The translations under genes and the position numbers were made by a program. Shown here piece by piece: positions 28,126 to 37,184 of a stretch of DNA of 64,000 bases. The stretch comes from a virus. The stretch's first letter is position 1. Every line of letters starts with the position of its first letter. The stretch lies in IMG/VR virus record IMGVR_UViG_2509601031_000003, one strand, 5' to 3'. The notes beneath the pieces are model-generated. The model was not told the origin of the DNA. It saw only the letters and a list, made by a program, of their open reading frames with translations, and made no database searches.

Positions 28126-28635
28126 TTGATCGTGGGCTATATTGCAATTTCTCTCGGAACCCGCACTGTTACTTTTCGCGGAATTATTGGCGGGTTTAAA
28201 CCGCCGCGAGTCAGATCGGCTATGCCCGAAATCGAGAGATCGGCATCGGGGAATACGATTGTCAGAGGCGCTGTCACAGAGCTTCCGCACTTGTGGGAGT
28301 TTCAATCTGTGCTATCAAAACCTGACTGGCTGATCTTGGAAGCGATCGCGTTTGACTATGATGAGCGGCGGCGCAATTTCCAAGATTTCAAAATGCTGCT
28401 GACCGATACTTTTTTCGAGCATATTGAACGTGCCCCACGCACTCGCGCCACTGCTCCGGCTCCGCTAAATCAGGTTACAACGATCGGGGATTCTATCAGT
28501 TACTACGCTCAGTTCTACGCGCTGTTTGCGAAGATGCCTGAAGCTGTACAAACCGGGCGACTGTCTAACAGCGAAGAATGCGTGGTCGTCTCAGTAATCC
28601 TTGAGGAAGATGTCGAGAAAGTATCGCCAACCTAG
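28126..28635 (+). CDS. Putative minor tail protein
   Basis: AGGAG before TTG; between tail genes. Confidence 0.35.
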   Translation: MIVGYIAISLGTRTVTFRGIIGGFKPPRVRSAMPEIERSASGNTIVRGAVTELPHLWEFQSVLSKPDWLILEAIAFDYDERRRNFQDFKMLLTDTFFEHIERAPRTRATAPAPLNQVTTIGDSISYYAQFYALFAKMPEAVQTGRLSNSEECVVVSVILEEDVEKVSPT

Positions 28636-28664
28636 CGCCCAGCTAACTTACTCTCAGCCTTGAA

Positions 28665-29021
28665 TTATCCTGAGAAAATTAATTCCCAAATTACCCCAGA
28701 TCCGTCTTGCTGAACCGGAGTCGCTTGCTCGATCGTATCTCCCTCATAAAGTTCAAACGCTCGATAGCCACCAGCGGAGCTATCACTATCGAGTCGAAAA
28801 GCAGCCATCTGAGGTGGAAGCTGCTTATCGAGATTTACAAAATCTAAGTTCAGCCCTTGAAAGTTTTCGCCTGCTTTTATCCAGTAAGTCTTATTAGTAC
28901 TGGGGCGTTCCTCTGCCGCACAGCGGCAGTACCAAACCTGCGCGGGGACTTCACGACCTTGCGCTAGATACAACCCTTGAATTCGGGTATCGTTTTTCTG
29001 TTTAAGAATGGGGGCAACCAT
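28665..29021 (-). CDS. Hypothetical protein, antisense within tail operon
   Basis: 118-aa ORF filling the gap between 28635 and ~29060. Confidence 0.45.
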   Translation of the reverse strand: MVAPILKQKNDTRIQGLYLAQGREVPAQVWYCRCAAEERPSTNKTYWIKAGENFQGLNLDFVNLDKQLPPQMAAFRLDSDSSAGGYRAFELYEGDTIEQATPVQQDGSGVIWELIFSG

Positions 29022-29663
29022 AGAGATCGCGAATACAATGCACTAAGATTTTGCACGATTGTTACTGTGACAGACCGAATTGTTTACGGCAAGCTTGAAA
29101 GATTGGACGGTTCCCCGTGGGGAAACGCCCCGCTTGTCTTTGAGCTGATTTCGGGGTCATACACTCTAGACGCGCTCCACCCCAGAGATCGCCGAAGTAC
29201 TAAGACCAATACTAGCGGCGAGTTTGCAAAAGGACTGTGGTGTAGTGGTGAAGGAGTTGTACCCGCAGAGATTCGCTGCTATCTTCCTTCAGGCGAAACA
29301 GTTAGCTTTATCCTTCCTGCGGGTACAACCCCGATCAATATTTCAGCGCTGCTGGCGAATGGGCAACCTGTTCCGCCAGAGCGGCAACCAACGATCGTTG
29401 AATTAATTGACGATCGGATTGCTGCCCACAACTCAGATCCGAATGCGCATCCTAAGACTCGGCAAGTTTTATCGATCGATACTGACGGCGTGACAAGTTT
29501 CACGCTCAGCGAAGCGCCGAGCCTACCGCATCTTTCTGAGCTTTTCCTAAATGGCATCAAAGCGACTTACGGCGTTCACTACAACATCAACGCCGCTCAA
29601 CTCAATTGGACTGATCCAATGCAACTTGAATCCACCGACTCTCTAGAGGTACTTTTCAGATGA
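28977..29663 (+). CDS. Putative virion/tail protein (start probably GTG ~29068)
   Basis: C-terminal LSEAPS...ELFLNGIK...YNINAAQLNW repeat-type tail domain. Confidence 0.5.
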   Translation: MNSGIVFLFKNGGNHRDREYNALRFCTIVTVTDRIVYGKLERLDGSPWGNAPLVFELISGSYTLDALHPRDRRSTKTNTSGEFAKGLWCSGEGVVPAEIRCYLPSGETVSFILPAGTTPINISALLANGQPVPPERQPTIVELIDDRIAAHNSDPNAHPKTRQVLSIDTDGVTSFTLSEAPSLPHLSELFLNGIKATYGVHYNINAAQLNWTDPMQLESTDSLEVLFR

Positions 29664-30388
29664 GTTTTCTAACTCCCGCAAAGCACATTGACAAAATTAT
29701 TGCGGCTTCGATTCGGCTATCCGGTGTTTCGGCGGCTGGTAACTCTACAGTTGTCACTTCTCAAATCACAACAGCGCTCAGCACGGCAGGCGATAAAGGG
29801 GTAAGTGTTCCACTCCAAATTTCAAGCAGTGGTGGACTAGGTGTCATTGTTACGCCGCCGAGCAACCGCTGCGAAATTTATAACGCTACCTCGAAGGACA
29901 AAATTAGCAGCGCGTCTGGGGAAGAGGTTTATGCACGGCTCACTCAAGCGAGTGGAGTCTACACGCTGAGTTTCTACACGCTGGAAAATAACGGCACTGA
30001 AACTGCGTATAGCTTCGGCTCATCTACACCAATCGACATTGAATTTAATTATCGCTTCGACTTTCGACGATTGCCCGCAGATGCAATTATCGGGATTCCG
30101 ACTCGTAATATCTCCGAAGATCCGACTACTCCAACCGGGCAAACCCTGTTTCGAGAAAAGCTGAATGTGACGGGGACGAACACGATTGATCCTCTGAGCA
30201 AAACACCCGTCAATGCAACGGCAATCTTTTTAATCGTGAATCAGACCACGCTTGATGCGTTCGGCGGAAGCACCGCCGCTTTTGCCGTGAACCTAAGCAC
30301 GAAGGAAGTGACATGGAACCCTGCAAACGCTGGCTACGATTTGGATACGACCGACCGAGTGATTGCTGTTTATTCAACAATTGAGTAA
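29660..30388 (+). CDS. Putative tail/baseplate protein
   Basis: S/T-rich beta protein coupled between tail genes. Confidence 0.5.
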   Translation: MSFLTPAKHIDKIIAASIRLSGVSAAGNSTVVTSQITTALSTAGDKGVSVPLQISSSGGLGVIVTPPSNRCEIYNATSKDKISSASGEEVYARLTQASGVYTLSFYTLENNGTETAYSFGSSTPIDIEFNYRFDFRRLPADAIIGIPTRNISEDPTTPTGQTLFREKLNVTGTNTIDPLSKTPVNATAIFLIVNQTTLDAFGGSTAAFAVNLSTKEVTWNPANAGYDLDTTDRVIAVYSTIE

Positions 30389-32664
30389 TGCCAAAACCGA
30401 AGCAGATTAGCATCAAGGACGCAGTATTTCCGAACACGCAGATACTCACTGCAGCAAGCACGATCTCGGTTCGAGCAGGGTTTGCCGAAGACATTATCAC
30501 GGTGAGTTCAGCGGCGAATGTCACACTGACGAGTAATCCGCGAATTCAGACGAGCGGGGTGAGCGATCGGCAGCAAATCACGATCGTTAACCTTGGTAAC
30601 TTCAGTATCACCATTCCGAGCGGCGGCGCGGTGAGTTCGGCAGGATTGTCGATCGTCATTCGTAGCGGCAGAACTGCCACGTTTATCTATTCCGCGACAC
30701 TGAGCCAATGGATTGCGATCTCTTCTGGATCAATGGCATTACAGCATGCGGATGCTGTAGACATCTCGGGCGGGAAGATAGCTGGAGGACTTGTTTATTC
30801 TGGGTCGGGCGTAAACTTTAATAATCGATCTCTGTTTCAAATTCTGTCGGGATTTGAAACAGCAGACAACATTACTAGCGATACATTTCAGGCTCTATCG
30901 AGCCAAGCGCAACTCAAAACAAACCTGTGGACAATTCAAGCAAGGCTCACAGCGTTTCCAACCGTTAGCCAGCTTCAGGCTTTAGTCCAGCCGTACCGCG
31001 CTACGACTCCCCTCGACTTCTTGCAGTCGTTCTTTACGGTCGGTAGGCTCGAAGACTGTATCGTTTTAGTGAACATCGGAACGCCGTCTGATGGACTCTA
31101 TTATCTGTTCCAAAACTCAGCTAATAATCAGTTTTCGATTCTGCGCGTTCCTGACTCAGCTATCACTCTCAATGCGGGAGACTTAATTTACGCAAGAGCT
31201 GATAACAAGCTTTATCAAGTTGCCTCGATGAGTTATGGGGTAGATCCGCTTGACCCATTTGGGAACGAATATTTTTATCCAGTGGTTCAACCTGCGATCG
31301 ACTTAACTGCGATTACGACTGAGCTAAGCAATCAATCGAACGCGATCACTGAATTGCAATCTCGATTGATTAAATTGGGCTACGTCTCTCCAACGTTTGA
31401 TCACCCATCAACCAACGAGATCAAGAATTTGATGGCTGTCTCTGATGGAACAGATCCGGATGAATGGCTATTAATTCGGGCATCTGTTCCTACGTCAGGG
31501 CCAGGAAGCACTGTTGTTTGGACTCCAAACGGCATTTTTTATAAAAACGCTAGCAACAATCTGGTCAAAGTTCCGGCTTACGAATCGATCGGGTCGATTC
31601 CTGAAGGTACGCAGATCTTTTCTAGGCTTTCGTTCCGGTACTACGCAACAATCATCTTGACCGATAGTCCAACACGCTACTTTTTCGAGGAAGTCACCCC
31701 GATCGTTCAAATCAACGGCAGTGACGAAATCCTCGTCAACAATGACGGGGGAGATGTCACGGTTCAATTGGAGTCAGCATTCCTTGAGCGGATTGACACG
31801 ATCGAGCAGGGTCTTGGAGAGAAGGCTAGTCTCGCGGATGTCGAATCTAGTTTTGCGGCTCCCCCTCCAATCGGATCAGAAACACCAAATACCGGAGCGT
31901 TTACAACAGTTGAAGCGGATTCGATTGATCTGAGATCGGGTACTTTCAAGTCAACGATCGACGCTGCAACACTCACTGCGGATCAATCGATCTTTGCTCC
32001 GGATGGCTCAGGTCAAATACAGTTGTTCCCGTCGGACTTCCCCCTACCCACGATATTCTCACACTTTATCGAGGGGGTAACTACGCCATGGGGAGCCTCC
32101 AACAGCGGAACGGGGTCGATCGTTGATCTTAATACGAGTGAGCCCGGGATTACGGGGGTTGCAGTGCTTAACGCTGGTAGCACCACCACGGGGCGGGCAA
32201 CATTAACCAGCCGATTCTCGGGGACTTCAGTAATCCCGGTGTTTAGTTTCGCGGCTCACAAACAGTGGGAGTTTGCCTGTCGCTTCAAAATCTCAAACCT
32301 CAACGACGGCGTGAATGACTTTAATTTACGGTTAGGTTGTATGGATGTTCTGCCGGGAACTCCGACCAATGGGTTCGGGTTCTGGTATACGCCTGGTCAA
32401 GCGAGCTGGCAAATCTTCAGTGTTAACTCCGGCACTCTAACTCAAGTGAACACCAGCGTCGTAGTTAATACAAATTGGAATATTGTTAGAATTCGCAGAT
32501 CTGGTCTGGGGGAAATCTCGTTTTATATGAATGATGTGTTAGTTGGAACAATATCAACCAACCTCCCAGCGTCAGCCGGAGCTGGAGCGATGCTAGTGAA
32601 AGCGAGTGGTACAACCCCTAGAACTGTTCCCCTAGACTGGATGTTTGCTGGCGCAAGAAGCTAG
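30388..32664 (+). CDS. Putative tail fibre/receptor-binding protein
   Basis: 758 aa, G/S/T-rich, short coiled coils, C-terminal beta-sandwich-like region; last large gene of tail operon. Confidence 0.65.
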   Translation: MPKPKQISIKDAVFPNTQILTAASTISVRAGFAEDIITVSSAANVTLTSNPRIQTSGVSDRQQITIVNLGNFSITIPSGGAVSSAGLSIVIRSGRTATFIYSATLSQWIAISSGSMALQHADAVDISGGKIAGGLVYSGSGVNFNNRSLFQILSGFETADNITSDTFQALSSQAQLKTNLWTIQARLTAFPTVSQLQALVQPYRATTPLDFLQSFFTVGRLEDCIVLVNIGTPSDGLYYLFQNSANNQFSILRVPDSAITLNAGDLIYARADNKLYQVASMSYGVDPLDPFGNEYFYPVVQPAIDLTAITTELSNQSNAITELQSRLIKLGYVSPTFDHPSTNEIKNLMAVSDGTDPDEWLLIRASVPTSGPGSTVVWTPNGIFYKNASNNLVKVPAYESIGSIPEGTQIFSRLSFRYYATIILTDSPTRYFFEEVTPIVQINGSDEILVNNDGGDVTVQLESAFLERIDTIEQGLGEKASLADVESSFAAPPPIGSETPNTGAFTTVEADSIDLRSGTFKSTIDAATLTADQSIFAPDGSGQIQLFPSDFPLPTIFSHFIEGVTTPWGASNSGTGSIVDLNTSEPGITGVAVLNAGSTTTGRATLTSRFSGTSVIPVFSFAAHKQWEFACRFKISNLNDGVNDFNLRLGCMDVLPGTPTNGFGFWYTPGQASWQIFSVNSGTLTQVNTSVVVNTNWNIVRIRRSGLGEISFYMNDVLVGTISTNLPASAGAGAMLVKASGTTPRTVPLDWMFAGARS

Positions 32665-32704
32665 TTAGAGTACTATTGCGTTAGCTTTTTAATAAAAGGT
32701 AGTC

Positions 32705-32896
32705 ATGGGAAATATTATGTACGACGGGGTTGAACTCCCTGAGTCTTTTCGATCGCAAGCGTGGCTCTTAGATCTGATCACAAGAGCGCGGGTTGGGGAC
32801 AACTCAGCAACTCAAGTTTTAGGGGCGCTGCAAGTTGAGGTGCGCGACGTGAATAATGTAGTTTGGTTTACTTACACCGAACTGCCCGGATTCTAA
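32705..32896 (+). CDS. Small protein (possible fibre chaperone)
   Basis: AAAGGT RBS; follows fibre gene. Confidence 0.45.
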   Translation: MGNIMYDGVELPESFRSQAWLLDLITRARVGDNSATQVLGALQVEVRDVNNVVWFTYTELPGF

Positions 32897-32900
32897 TCGT

Positions 32901-32950
32901 ATCCAAGCTCTCCCGCGTACTCAGCTAGGGTATACAGGGAGAGTTTGGAT
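32901..32950. terminator. 14-bp stem hairpin
   Basis: ATCCAAGCTCTCCC...GGGAGAGTTTGGAT. Confidence 0.5.
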
Positions 32951-33087
32951 AGACAGAAAATATTGCGGAATTCTACGAGATACGATCGCGAAAATGCAGC
33001 GCATAATTGAGGCACTGTTACTAACCCGTAACAATGAAACGTCACGCACCCGTCCGTAGTGTTCCCTTTAGCTTTATCGAAACTGCC

Positions 33088-33513
33088 ATGAGAACCCTTT
33101 CTGATCTACTCGCGCTCATCCGTTCCGCTCTCTCTAGCAAAGACTCTGTTATTGCTGCAAAAGACGCTGTTATCGCGGCTCAAGCTGCTGAAATCGAGCG
33201 TCTGAAGTCTGAAGATGCAATCGAGGATGCAAATTACGAAAGTACGATCGCGACTTTAACCGATCGCGTTACTTCTCTTGAAGAGAAAGACGCGGCAACC
33301 CAAGCAGAAATTGACGCTGCTTACGACGAGTTCGACGGCGAACCTGTCGAGGAAACTTCCGGTGATGAAGTACCTGGTGATGAGGCTCCGGTAGACGAAG
33401 CACCTAGCGACGAAACGCCTGGTGATGAAGTACCTGGTGATGATGCCCCGGTAGACGAAACGCCCGAAGTGGAAGTTGAGGAAGTTCCTGCCGAGGAATC
33501 CCCAAGCTTCTAG
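33088..33513 (+). CDS. Coiled-coil protein with acidic repeat tail
   Basis: 60-nt tandem duplication at 33361 and 33421 (GDEVPGDEAPVDE). Confidence 0.6.
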   Translation: MRTLSDLLALIRSALSSKDSVIAAKDAVIAAQAAEIERLKSEDAIEDANYESTIATLTDRVTSLEEKDAATQAEIDAAYDEFDGEPVEETSGDEVPGDEAPVDEAPSDETPGDEVPGDDAPVDETPEVEVEEVPAEESPSF

Positions 33514-33540
33514 ATTTGTCACTCTGCAATCCGAAAGATC

Positions 33541-33564
33541 AGCCCGCCGAAAGGTGGGTTTTTT
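33541..33564 (+). terminator. Rho-independent terminator
   Basis: AGCCCGCC-GAAA-GGTGGGTT followed by T run. Confidence 0.7.
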
Positions 33565-33571
33565 CTTGCCC

Positions 33572-33594
33572 AAATCGGTCAGCCTGTCCGAAAT
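33572..33594. repeat. 23-bp palindrome copy 12
   Basis: AAATCGGTCA-GCC-TGTCCGAAAT; right after terminator. Confidence 0.93.
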
Positions 33595-33791
33595 CAGGGT
33601 TGTATTTTCTCCGCTGCTTTTCTTAGTCGAGAGGCAACCACTTCCAATGCTTCCGCTACTAACTCATGCTCGTTGCGCGATCGAATCTTCCATTCAATCG
33701 CCAAATAATTATCAAGAATATCTGCAATCCTTTTCACAGAGACTGCTCTCTCTGATACCGGATCTTCCGTCTTAAGTGCGTCCGTTGCCAT
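33594..33791 (-). CDS. Hypothetical protein
   Basis: 65-aa ORF ending in 23-bp repeat. Confidence 0.4.
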   Translation of the reverse strand: MATDALKTEDPVSERAVSVKRIADILDNYLAIEWKIRSRNEHELVAEALEVVASRLRKAAEKIQP

Positions 33792-33953
33792 TAACTTGCC
33801 CGATCGTCTTGCTTTGATTCTAGCGATCGCTGAGTCATTAGTTTAGTATGCAAAGTTTTCATAAAGACAGTAAATGATCCGTAACCCTACTTGGTTCATT
33901 TTGTAATTCTTAAGAAACAATGAAGTCAGTTATAATAACCCCCGACACAAGCA

Positions 33954-34358
33954 ATGAACGGTCCGAACAAGTCCTCTGAATATGCTGCTTTAGCTGAGGT
34001 TGTCAGCCAGTTAAAACAGTACTTTGACCGTTCGGATGCTAGATTCGACCGGTTGGAAATCACAATTCAAAGAAACAACGATGCCTTAATAATGCGAGTC
34101 AATTCTGTTGAGCAAGACCTGGAAGAAAAGATCGAGAAGCTTGAAGCGGAAGCAAAACAGCGAGATATCACGATCGCGAAACTAGAGACTCAACTCCACA
34201 CCCTGAATCGAGTCTGCACCGCTGCCGCCGTTGCAATTTTTGGCGCGACTGTCGCGATCGTGGTTCCGAATTGGTTTCGACCCAGTAATGCTAAGACTCC
34301 AGCACTAGAACGCCCCAGCGAGAAGAAACAAACGGCACACTCGTATTTGTTTCTCTAG
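33954..34358 (+). CDS. Coiled-coil + single TM protein (XhlA/holin-like)
   Basis: Long coiled coil then VCTAAAVAIFGATVAIVV; converges on M23 gene. Confidence 0.45.
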   Translation: MNGPNKSSEYAALAEVVSQLKQYFDRSDARFDRLEITIQRNNDALIMRVNSVEQDLEEKIEKLEAEAKQRDITIAKLETQLHTLNRVCTAAAVAIFGATVAIVVPNWFRPSNAKTPALERPSEKKQTAHSYLFL

Positions 34359-34804
34359 CACTTGATTAAGGTGCATGGGTTCACTAAGGTCCAGGCATCA
34401 CCCATTCTTCGTCTGACTTCTATGTGCAAATGTGGCCCAGTCGAAAAACCAGTGCTGCCCACTTCCGCGATCGCATCTCCCGCTCGAACTTCTTGACCTT
34501 TGACTACAAGAATTCGATGAGCGTGAGCGTATAGTGTTTGGAAGTCTTCGCTTTCGACAATTACCGTGTTTCCAAAAGTGCCATAGCTCTGCGCGATTTT
34601 AACAATCCCGTCATGAGCTGCGAGAATCGTACTGCCTTGTGGAGCCGCGAAATCAGTTCCGCGATGAAAGCGCCTGCCGCCGTCGATTGGGTGAGTGCGT
34701 GGTCCGTATGGGGAAGATACGATCGCGCGTTTCGCTAACGGGTATTGCAATTCGGAAGCTTGAGCAACGATCGCCGGAATATCCAGGAACAACGGGAGCA
34801 TCAA
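34355..34804 (-). CDS. M23-family peptidase (putative endolysin)
   Basis: HRGTDFAAP (HxxxD) and STGPHLHIEV (HxH). Confidence 0.9.
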   Translation of the reverse strand: MMLPLFLDIPAIVAQASELQYPLAKRAIVSSPYGPRTHPIDGGRRFHRGTDFAAPQGSTILAAHDGIVKIAQSYGTFGNTVIVESEDFQTLYAHAHRILVVKGQEVRAGDAIAEVGSTGFSTGPHLHIEVRRRMGDAWTLVNPCTLIKC

Positions 34805-34881
34805 GGTGATGGTTTTACATCGGATTCGTTACTTTATATTTTGTTTATATTTATGAAGTAAGCTTGCGTGGTGTTGCGGAG

Positions 34882-34904
34882 AAATCGGTCAAGCTGACCG
34901 ATTT
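34882..34904. repeat. 23-bp palindrome copy 13
   Basis: AAATCGGTCA-AGC-TGACCGATTT; contains stop 34889. Confidence 0.93.
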
Positions 34905-35230
34905 GACTCCAAATGCCAGTTATCGAATTCATCTTTGATCTTGAAAGTACCGCCGTCTTTAGACTTGCGCGTTTCATCAAATAGAATTGAATCGCCATTG
35001 TGCACGATCGCTTGTGTTCCGCCTTTGTCTCGAAGTTCCTCCGGGAACAGAACGTCACTGTCATATCTGACAATTCTTATCTTCCCTAATGATTTACGTA
35101 GCCCAAAGCATTGATTCGCTAGCTGGCTGAACTCTTCAATCACAGCGCTGAATTTGTTGCCTGTTGGAGTGTAGAACTTTGCGGTTCCATGTTCGTAATC
35201 GATTTCGTAGCAGTAAAACGAGTAAGCCAT
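34889..35230 (-). CDS. Hypothetical protein flanked by two 23-bp repeats
   Basis: AAGGAG RBS; 113 aa. Confidence 0.65.
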   Translation of the reverse strand: MAYSFYCYEIDYEHGTAKFYTPTGNKFSAVIEEFSQLANQCFGLRKSLGKIRIVRYDSDVLFPEELRDKGGTQAIVHNGDSILFDETRKSKDGGTFKIKDEFDNWHLESNRSA

Positions 35231-35256
35231 AGTTTATCTCCTTGGACATTGAATAG

Positions 35257-35279
35257 AAATCGGTCACGCTGACCGATTT
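35257..35279. repeat. 23-bp palindrome copy 14
   Basis: AAATCGGTCA-CGC-TGACCGATTT. Confidence 0.95.
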
Positions 35280-35281
35280 GG

Positions 35282-36541
35282 TTAACTGTCGTCCCCCACA
35301 TCCAGATCGAGCAACCGATTCAGATCCTCAATGCTTGGAATTTGTTCACTTGGAGGATTCGCAGCGCCGATCGGATTCCCGTTATTGTCGAGTTCAGGAA
35401 TGCTTGCCGCGAACCAGTCGCCATCGTGGTAGACCAACGCAGGGTATTTAATCCCTTTGAGTTGGCTAATTAAGCGATCGCGGATATGTTGATTGCTTCT
35501 CGCTCCTAACTTCAACATTTGAGTATCTTTCATCGCTTTGGCAATTCCCTGCGCGCCTGGGAAAATTAGCGTGATTTCGTCGCGAGTTTCAGCATTTAGA
35601 CCGAGCACAGAGCTATTCATGTTTGTGGATACTAAGCAGAGCCGCCGCCTAATTTTGCGCGTGACTGACTCATAGTTCAGTTTCCAGTCTTGAACGATTT
35701 GCCCCGGTTTCTTCCCTGGAATTTTCAGCTTTTGCAATCGTCCGATCGTTGCTTTACCTTCTTCTAAAACAAAGAGCTGAGATCTAAAGTCACGCTTCCC
35801 GTTGCGGTATGCAGCAATATCTTGCTCAATCCCCTTATTGTCCTGCTCCATCCGCAGAACCATTTCCCCAAAATCAAACAGCACTTCGCAGCCCGACCAA
35901 TCCTGTTGAGAGCCATAGATATCAAACACTGTGACCGAGCCGCCGAGGATATGCTTGCCCAGATATTTAGCTAAGAGTGATTTACCGCCGCCCATTTTGG
36001 CGATTAATCCTAGAATCGGATGTCGATCGGCATCCTTCAAACTATTCCAATCAAACAAAGCAGTTTCTGCGGTTGGATTGAGTCCAGTCGGGTCAGGAGA
36101 ATTGGCGATCGTCTCAGGAGAACTGGCAGCACTCACCGGAACCGGAACCGGATAGAGCACCTGTCTCATTTTCTGAAGCTCGATTTGAGCGGGCAGAGTT
36201 CGGCGCAATGCTTCCGCTTCGATGTTGCAGCGCCGCTCATACGCCATCAGCTCGCGCTCAATGTCGTCTGATTCTTGAATTTCTTCGAGTGCATTTTCCC
36301 TTTCTGCCTCTAGGCAAGCTAATTCAGCAGCCCGATCCATTGCCTCGATCGTTGCAGGTTGGATACCCTTCTGAGCGCAGTACACCACACTACTTGCGAG
36401 TCCAAGCGTGATCGTGAGTGGAAGAATCCTAAAAGGTTTCGGAGTTGAAATCGATACCCCGATCCCAAGAATCGTGAAAATCATTAGCGCGGAAGACTGG
36501 ATCAAGGATTTCCGAGACTGGCTCACAGTAGCAACCTCCAA
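35282..36541 (-). CDS. Membrane-anchored P-loop ATPase (FtsK/HerA/VirD4-like)
   Basis: Two N-terminal TMs, coiled coil, Walker A AKMGGGKS, Walker B LFVLEE. Confidence 0.7.
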   Translation of the reverse strand: MEVATVSQSRKSLIQSSALMIFTILGIGVSISTPKPFRILPLTITLGLASSVVYCAQKGIQPATIEAMDRAAELACLEAERENALEEIQESDDIERELMAYERRCNIEAEALRRTLPAQIELQKMRQVLYPVPVPVSAASSPETIANSPDPTGLNPTAETALFDWNSLKDADRHPILGLIAKMGGGKSLLAKYLGKHILGGSVTVFDIYGSQQDWSGCEVLFDFGEMVLRMEQDNKGIEQDIAAYRNGKRDFRSQLFVLEEGKATIGRLQKLKIPGKKPGQIVQDWKLNYESVTRKIRRRLCLVSTNMNSSVLGLNAETRDEITLIFPGAQGIAKAMKDTQMLKLGARSNQHIRDRLISQLKGIKYPALVYHDGDWFAASIPELDNNGNPIGAANPPSEQIPSIEDLNRLLDLDVGDDS

Positions 36542-36951
36542 AGCGCAACAACAACGATCGTCATAGCCACTCCGATCAGTACAGAATCAGCGCAAAAGTC
36601 GAGAACGTCTCGAATCGGATCTTTTCTCAGTGATTCAAGCTTGCGATTCAGTTCGGGTCGGTATCGCCGAATTTCAATCGCTTCGATTCGTAGTGCCTGG
36701 GATTCAGAAGAAGTCACGCGGTAATGCAGCCTCACTCCAAAACGCCGACTCAACTCAGCAAATTTATGGTGTTCACCCCATCGACGCGAGTTCCACCGCG
36801 CTTGGATGTTGCTACTCACGCCGATGTAAATCGGCTTGAAGGGATTCCACCACTGAATTGCATAGTAAACTCCGGGCTGGGCGGGAAGTCGGTTCTTATT
36901 GCGAAGGGCGACTGATGGGCGAAAAAATGGAGGGATTTCGAGTAGTCGCAT
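36523..36951 (-). CDS. GIY-YIG domain protein with C-terminal TM
   Basis: GVYYAI...YIGVSSNIQARW...IEAIEIRRYRPELN; hydrophobic C-terminus. Confidence 0.8.
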   Translation of the reverse strand: MRLLEIPPFFRPSVALRNKNRLPAQPGVYYAIQWWNPFKPIYIGVSSNIQARWNSRRWGEHHKFAELSRRFGVRLHYRVTSSESQALRIEAIEIRRYRPELNRKLESLRKDPIRDVLDFCADSVLIGVAMTIVVVALWRLLL

Positions 36952-36952
36952 A

Positions 36953-37183
36953 TTAAAGACTCCAGACTACTATCCCGAGCACCATCACCCCGCAAAGTAA
37001 AAAACCGTAGGGCTGAAGATGGTCTTCGAGAATAAAGCTAACCAAAAACACAATGAACGCGATCGCGTGAAGCAGGAACGCCGCGCGATCTAGTTGGGCA
37101 AGGATGCCGTGTAGTAAAGCGAAGAGTGCTACACCTGCGAAAAAGGAACCTGCTAGGCGCAGGCTTGAAAGCAGATCAACCAT
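36953..37183 (-). CDS. Small multi-TM membrane protein
   Basis: Almost entirely hydrophobic 76 aa. Confidence 0.6.
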   Translation of the reverse strand: MVDLLSSLRLAGSFFAGVALFALLHGILAQLDRAAFLLHAIAFIVFLVSFILEDHLQPYGFLLCGVMVLGIVVWSL

Positions 37184-37184
37184 A

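Noticed and set aside
30388-32664. Diversity-generating retroelement or tail-fibre invertase system
   Set aside because: No reverse transcriptase, template/variable repeat pair or invertase seen near the fibre gene
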